A DNA stretch of 64,000 nucleotides from Diplonema japonicum (taxonomy: Eukaryota; Protista; Euglenozoa: Diplonemea), in NCBI GenBank assembly GCA_964019335.1, contig OZ025663.1, positions 124,001 to 188,000 of the forward strand, given 5' to 3'. Positions within the stretch are counted from its first letter, which is position 1. Each line of letters opens with the position of its first letter. Both the position numbers and the translations under genes were made by a program. The notes under the pieces are model-generated. The model was not told the DNA's origin. It was given only the letters and a program-made list of their open reading frames with translations, and did not search any database. Positions 57,953-64,000 of the stretch are shown here, piece by piece.

Positions 57953-58771
57953 ATGGAGAAAGGGCAAAGCCCCTCCCAGTTCACGGAGCTGCTGAGCACG
58001 GAGGTGTCACATGTCGTGGATATGCTAAACATGTCTGGACCGGAGCATGGTTTTAGGTTGGAGTTGATAAAGAAAACGAAGAATCTAGTAAAGGGCAGCT
58101 TCCCAGGATGCTCTGTGGAAGTGTACGGCAGCTGGGCGACCAAGCTGGCACTCCCATCAAGTGATATCGATTTCGTGGTGCTGGGCTGCTCACATCTACC
58201 TAGAGAGTCGATGATCAGACAGGTGGTTGCGTCCTTTGAGGATTCAGGCCTGCGGTGTACTGCGGTACTCCCCACTGCCCGTGTTCCTGTCATCAAGTTC
58301 ATCTGCCCGCACAGCGGTCTACGGGGAGACATCACCTTTGATGTAGGCAACTGGCAAACCTCCGTCCAGCTCGTGAAGTCTCTTCTCGATGAATATTCAG
58401 AATATAAAGCGAGGTATATATTTTTTTTGGGGGGGGATGAGGGGAAACCCAACACATTTTTTTTTCTACAAGGGAACTCATCATTCTCTTCAAACTGATC
58501 TTGGTGTTGACCAGCAACAACGAGGTTTGCAAGGGCGGGTTGAGCTCGTATGGGCTTTGCTTAATGGTATGGAGAGAAAGGGGGGGGGGGGGGGGAATAA
58601 TGGTGGTAATAATAAAAGGTCTTCGCATTTCTGCGCCGTTTCAAGGAAGAAGGCAAGAAACCCTCCTTGGGCCTGCTTCTCTACGACTTTCTCTCCCACT
58701 ACAAGACAAAGGGAACTTTCAACCCTTCGACTATGACGGTCGACATAGGAGAGCCAGAAGGTTTGTTCAAC

Positions 58772-58804
<33 letters not shown>

Positions 58805-59619
58805 TCAAATCTGGTTTAATGCGCCCGATGTCGTCGCGCCACAAAGGGTCCTGGTGTGTGCAGGACCCATTATCTGCTAATAATAATGTATGGAAAATTT
58901 TTGAACAAAAAAAATTTTTTTTTTTTTTATTTGAAAAGGTGACGGAGCAGTGCTTCAGCATAGACAAGATCGCTGATATCTTCGATGAAATGTCAACCAC
59001 TCTGTCTTCCGTTAAGACACGGGCAGCAATGCCTAAGGGATCGGGGGTAAAGGAATGCGGCATCCTTCGCGAGGCCATCCACGATCTGCATCACTTCCAA
59101 CGGCAGAGGAAAGAATTGCTGGCGCAGTGGTTTTCCCAAGAATTGTTCCATCAAATGCAAGCAATTTACGCCTTTGGAGGCTCAAAGGGGATGTTAAACC
59201 CGCATGCTCCACACTTACAGTCCCAGCTTGGCTACTGGAACCAGCAAGGAATAAACCCGCATAACTTTTCACCAGTGCGTTACCATCACCATCACCATCA
59301 TCATCACCACCACCATCACCATGTAAATCGTGCGAATCACGGCCATGTTAAGGCTCATGGGGGTTACACCAGGGCACACCACCACCACCACCATCAGCAG
59401 CAGCAGTACTTCGCGCATTCAGTCACTGGGAGCAAAACAGCCGCAGCGGCCTCTGCGACCCAGCAGCAGCGGGGCCAGAACGACTCTTCTGACGAGTCTG
59501 TAGACAGTATAGGACACACGGAGTCTAACTCGAATTCAAGCGGCTCAACTGCCAACAGGAAGAAACAACCACAAACTATCCATGGCCATCACGTGCTTGT
59601 GAAAAAACATCATGCATGA
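57953..59619 (+). CDS. Non-canonical poly(A) polymerase, Trf4/TENT4-like; introns 58414-58472, 58567-58618, 58761-58801, 58888-58938
   Basis: YGSWATKLALPSSDIDF, ARVPVIKF, DITF, NEV..GGLSSYGL.LM and VQDPL..NNNV. Four GT-AG introns restore the frame. His/Gln-rich tail. Confidence 0.88.
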
Positions 59620-61190
59620 AGAGAGCGAGAGGGGAAAAAAAACGAAAAAAAAAGAAAAAAAGTTCGTAGTGTGTTTATTTTTCTTTTTTTTTTTTTTCTA
59701 TTTTTTTTTTTTTTTTGAGTAATAGAACAGAAGAGAGAGGGGAATGCACACGTGTTTTTGAAAAAATCTATTGTTACATAAAAAAAAGGGGGGGGGGGAA
59801 CGCTAAGTTGATCCTTTTTTTTTTTTTTTTTCCTGTCGCAGACACCGACAAGGCTGCCCCGCAGTTTGACCACCGCAGGAGGAACCCGCCAGAGCCCCCA
59901 GAACGGGGACAACGGGGACTAAGCGCAGCTCGGCCGCGCAAAAACGCATACCTTAAAAGAATAGTTTTTTTTTCGAAATGCTCAAATCCCGCCCCTTAGG
60001 GGTATCCCCGAACTTGGGGTCAGATTAGCAGTTTTCAAGAAATTACATAACAGAGGGGGGGGGGGGGGGGGGGGAGGCGAACTGACCAAGGGGTGTATTT
60101 CACTCCCATCTCACACTCACTCTTTTTTGTTTTTGTTTCTGTTTTTTGTTCCCCCCCACACCCCTCTTTTCTTTCTTCTTTTCTGGAATTCTAGATGTTT
60201 CCGAGCCACACAACTAACGAGGTTCTTTGCTGCAACTGCCAAGCTTTCTCTTTTTTTCTTTTTTTTTTTTCCCACTTGTGTGTTTCCTTTTTTTTTTTAG
60301 GAAGGGTGAAGGAAAATAAGAAAGAAAAAAAGAAGAAAAAAAAAACGAAAATAGCTATTTTTTTTTTCTTTCTGTCATAGTATCACGAGAGGTTTTCAGT
60401 TAGCTGTTAGCGTAGGGGGGGGGGGGGGGTGGTAAAAAGAAGGGGGGGGGGGGGGGAAGCAACAGCTACACACACACATAAAACACAAAACACAAATATA
60501 GCTTCTAGATTTTATGATTAATTTATTGTTTTTTTTCCCCTTTTTTCGCCCTGCTTCGGGCTTTCTGCCTGTCCTTTTTATTTCCTTATTTGTCACATCG
60601 CACAAAAAAAAAAACCCCTCCTTCCCTTACCCTTCTCCCCAATACACACAAAGTCTTGGAAAAAAAAGAGGAAAAGAAAAAGGACAAAAAAAACTTTTTT
60701 TTTTGGCTTCCTTTCCCTTTCCTTCTCCCTTTTATGTTGGTCTCCCCCTCCCTCCCCCCCCTCCCCCCCTCCCCTCCAATTATCATTCCGATCTGTAGTA
60801 CATTTCTTTTATGAACGAAAAAAAAAAAAAAAAAAAAAAAAGAAATTTCCTACCCATCCTGCCGCCCCCCGTTCCCCTTTCCTTCTTTTCTGCTTCCTTT
60901 TTTCCCCTTTGTGGTTCGTTCTCAAAACGAGAAATGAAACGAAGAGGGGGGGGGGGGGGGGGGGACTCTGAGGAAAAGCAGGAATACGAGGGAAAAAAAA
61001 AAAAAGAAAGGAAGAAACAATACAAAATCAGCACGATCCTCCCCCTCCCTCCTCCCCATTTTCTTTTTTTATACTCTGGTATGTTTGAAGAGCCTCTGCT
61101 GCATGGGTGAATCAGAACTTGAAGGGGGTCTTTAATTATTTTTTTTTTATTATCTTATTTTTATTAGCTGGAATCACCCAGGAACAGGGT

Positions 61191-61235
<45 letters not shown>

Positions 61236-62223
61236 CATGTTTCATAGTGAGCATTTGCAATTAGAGGCTCGTATTTACGGTGAATTTTGTACATATGCTG
61301 CAGGTAAATTGATATGATTATATATGTTGGGTTATAGGAGGGGGGGGAGGGCCTATCGATAGATTGAGATAAAGTTCGAGGGTAGGGGTCCTCCAGAGAC
61401 AAAATTACCTTTTTTTTTTTGTTTTTTTTTGTCTTTTTTGTTTTAGATTTTGCAGCTCCCTCAAGCCTCCCGCAAGAAAAAAAGAGAGAAAAAAAAATTG
61501 TTTTACAGCTCATGACACCCCCTTTTCCTTTCTTTTTTTTTGTTGGTTTTTTTTTTTTGGTTTTTTCCCCCCCCCGCCGCTTTACTTGGTCTGTAACATG
61601 CTAGTGCGCACTAAATATTGAAAAAAAATATTCTCTTTCTGCAAAGTGTACCCCGGAAAAAAAAAAGAAAAAAAAAAAAAAACCACCGTATTTCGCAAAA
61701 CGGGCGAAAGCCAAAAAGCTGGGGGGGAGAAGAAAAAAAAAAGAAAAAGTAAGAATCATTTTAGAGCATTAAAACGTAAACAAAAATCTTTTTGAAAAGT
61801 TTTTTGCAGTAAGAGAGTGAGTCCTTGCGGCCGGTTATTATTATTTATTTTTTATTCTTTCTTCCCCCCCCCCCCCAGTTATTACTTTCAAAAAAGAGTG
61901 TGCCCGAAAAAAAGAAAGAGGGAGGGGAAGGGAAAATAATCTTGTTCAAAAAAAAAAAAACCTCTTCTTTGTTTTGTGGCTTTTTTTGGAGGGTATTGTC
62001 CCCATTTTACGCCAACAAATTATTGCTTGTAAACAATGGGGGGGAGAAGAAAAAAAAAAAAAAAAAAGGAAGGAGAAAAAAAAAAAAGGAAAAAAAAAAA
62101 AGACAACGCTATTTTTTTTTTTTTTTTTTTTAAATCTTATTTTTTTTCTTCTTTCTACCGGAGGGGAGGGGTAAAAATTTTCAAAAAAAAAAGGGGGGGG
62201 AGGGAAGAAGAAAAAAAAAAAAT

Positions 62224-63375
62224 ATGGCGAAAATCAGCGACTTCGAGGAAATCCTTCCGTTGCTGGAGAACGAGAGGCCGGATGTTAGAAAGCAAGTCCT
62301 GAAGGTGATGTCGGGGTTCTTACAGCACGACAATATTATAGAGTACACCATCGAACACGGTTCGCAAAGCGTCAAAATGATAACAGAGATGATACAGCCA
62401 GGCGACGCCTTCAAGACATATCTATCCGATGTTTTGCTAGTTCTGATCAACCTTTCCGACAAAGGCGCACTAGCACGAGCAATGCTGGACGTGAGGGTCG
62501 TCCCGAGGACCATGCTTTTACTGGAAAAAGGTTCGCTGTCCTCCGGGCTTCAAGAACTATGTTTGATATTGATCGCAAACTTGACCAGCGTCACTGTGGA
62601 AGCAGTGGAACATCTTTTACAAACGAACAATAAAGTTCTTGAAGGATACTATCTGTCACAGTTAATCCGCCGCTTTGTCGATGAACATGGCGATGCGAGT
62701 AATCTACTTGTCAAACCTTCTGAAGCAGATGGGTTTGTTGGAGGTGGGAGGGACAGATCTAAATGGGTCGGATCCATTTTGGGAAATTGTGCGCAATGCG
62801 AAGCCGGTCGGAAATTGTTAATCGACGACGATGAGTCTTTAAAGAAGTTCGCGGACCTTCTCAGCACGGAAGATACCCAACTCCGGCTTGCCGTAGCGTG
62901 TTTAATCAAAAATATCCTTCACGACCCCGACACCCACCCGGCCCTTCTCCAGCAAGAAATCGGTGGTGCCTTAATGACCCGTATCATCGGAAGCGAAAAA
63001 GAAAAAAACGAGGAAATTCTTAACGTAATCGTTCATGCTGTGAAGTGTCTGTCTCTGTCCAAGCCCGGTGTTGATTTTCTAGACGGTGTCGGTGCCAAGG
63101 GAGAACTACGGGGTGTGGTAGAGTCCGTCCCCGATGCCATCAAACCAGAATTGCAAAAGATTATCGACGGCTTGGATGACGTTCAAGAAATCATACAAAT
63201 GGAGGAACCCGAACCCAAAAACGAGGAGCAGAAAAACAAAAAGAAACAGAAACCCATCCCCGCCGAATCGGGTGTCGAAGAACTGGACAGTGACGACGAT
63301 GGTGAAGAAATCGAGCTTGCGGCACTCGACGATGATGAGCTCGAAGCCGAAAAGGACATGGAAGATGTGGAGTAG
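62224..63375 (+). CDS. HGH1: HGH1/FAM203 homologue (eEF2 chaperone, ARM-like)
   Basis: EILPLL..RPDVRK, LINLS, LIANLT, ILGNCAQ..AGRK and ACLIKN, with an acidic tail. Confidence 0.7.
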   Translation: MAKISDFEEILPLLENERPDVRKQVLKVMSGFLQHDNIIEYTIEHGSQSVKMITEMIQPGDAFKTYLSDVLLVLINLSDKGALARAMLDVRVVPRTMLLLEKGSLSSGLQELCLILIANLTSVTVEAVEHLLQTNNKVLEGYYLSQLIRRFVDEHGDASNLLVKPSEADGFVGGGRDRSKWVGSILGNCAQCEAGRKLLIDDDESLKKFADLLSTEDTQLRLAVACLIKNILHDPDTHPALLQQEIGGALMTRIIGSEKEKNEEILNVIVHAVKCLSLSKPGVDFLDGVGAKGELRGVVESVPDAIKPELQKIIDGLDDVQEIIQMEEPEPKNEEQKNKKKQKPIPAESGVEELDSDDDGEEIELAALDDDELEAEKDMEDVE

Positions 63376-63644
63376 ATTTTGATGGGGCCCGTGTGCGTTT
63401 TTTTTTTTTTTTTTTTTTTCTCTCTCTCTTTTTTTTTGTTCTCCAATCATATCATTTTTTTTTTGTTAGTTTCCCCTCCCCCCCTTTTTTTTTCTTTCTT
63501 TTTTTTTCCCCTTTTCATCTTCATTTATCTTCCCCACAAGATGATATGGGAAAAAAAAAAAAAAAAAAAAATAGTTTTTCGTTTTCATTTTTTTTTCTTC
63601 TTGCGGAAAGCAAAAAAAAAAAAACCAGGTAAAAAAAAAAAAAA

Positions 63645-64000
63645 ATGAATACCATACGATCGATTGGGAAGGGTGCAGGCCAGTTGTCAGCAGTGGGCGA
63701 TCACACTTTAGATGCCGAGTTCAATGTGATATATATGTGTGTGAACAGGGCTTTGAAGCAAGCGCAACCACGGGACACGGGAATCGGGATGGAACTGGAA
63801 ATAATAATGAAGGCCCTGAAGCGGCTCTCACTCGAGGTGGGGAAGATGATAAAAGACAAAAAAGAACGATGCGAGGAAATGAAAATGGTCCGCAAGGGTC
63901 TAGAAACCAAACAAGAGATGGTCGAAGACCTACAATGCGAAGTCGCCAAAGTACGCGTAGAGCTCGAAGCAGCAATGGACCCTGCAAACATGAGGATAAA
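63645..64000 (+). CDS. Hypothetical coiled-coil protein, 3'-truncated by the window edge
   Basis: ATG at 63645 opens a frame (MNTIRSIGKG..ELEIIMKALKRLSLEVGKMIKDKKERCEE..) with no stop to the end of the window. Confidence 0.65.
   Translation, partial: MNTIRSIGKGAGQLSAVGDHTLDAEFNVIYMCVNRALKQAQPRDTGIGMELEIIMKALKRLSLEVGKMIKDKKERCEEMKMVRKGLETKQEMVEDLQCEVAKVRVELEAAMDPANMRI

Noticed and set aside
6945-59619. Functional operons (ciliary: MIP, dynein, CFAP70; RNA 3'-end: RBBP6-like, TUTase, Trf4-like)
   Set aside because: The genes are far apart and interspersed with unrelated ones, which is compatible with chance in a flagellate genome.
1-64000. Numerous minus-strand and alternate-frame ORFs overlapping real genes
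   Set aside because: They are antisense shadows of GC3-rich coding sequence, with no motifs and fully nested in well-supported + strand genes.
1-64000. tRNA, rRNA or snRNA genes and telomeric repeats
   Set aside because: No cloverleaf/T-loop, rRNA or snRNA signature was recognised by eye. A covariance-model scan would be needed to exclude them fully.

Overview
Eukaryotic nuclear DNA, most likely euglenozoan and probably diplonemid-like. This is inferred from a strictly unidirectional gene array, a kinetoplastid RET1/TUT3-type TUTase and, unlike trypanosomatids, many short GT-AG cis-introns. About 21 protein-coding genes all lie on the + strand: RBBP6/Mpe1-like, FG-nucleoporin (Nup58-like), PRPP synthetase, TEX49/SPMIP11-like, zinc-finger TUTase, ABHD17-like hydrolase, a long coiled-coil protein, two divergent RNase HII-like genes flanking a malonyl-CoA acyltransferase, RIO2, ATG14/UVRAG-like, SLC17-type MFS, outer-arm dynein heavy chain (DNAH5/8 type), a zinc-finger protein, MARCH6/Doa10-like ligase, CFAP70, Trf4-like poly(A) polymerase, HGH1 and several hypotheticals. 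About 30 introns, mostly 33-62 nt, were reconstructed by hand from frame continuity. Non-coding DNA is dominated by A/T/G/C homopolymers, so exact lengths and frames across those tracts may carry sequencing error. Most notable: (1) a dispersed 40-bp stem-loop repeat that forms an AG-[21 nt]-GT cassette, with one copy sitting in frame inside an intron; (2) two adjacent inverted-repeat elements with dif-like palindromes inside a 716-nt intron; (3) a pair of complementary-degenerate RNase HII homologues, one possibly spliced in frame to the acyltransferase; (4) introns that use A-rich acceptors and skip nearer polypyrimidine-AG sites. No database searches were run; all family calls rest on motif recognition.
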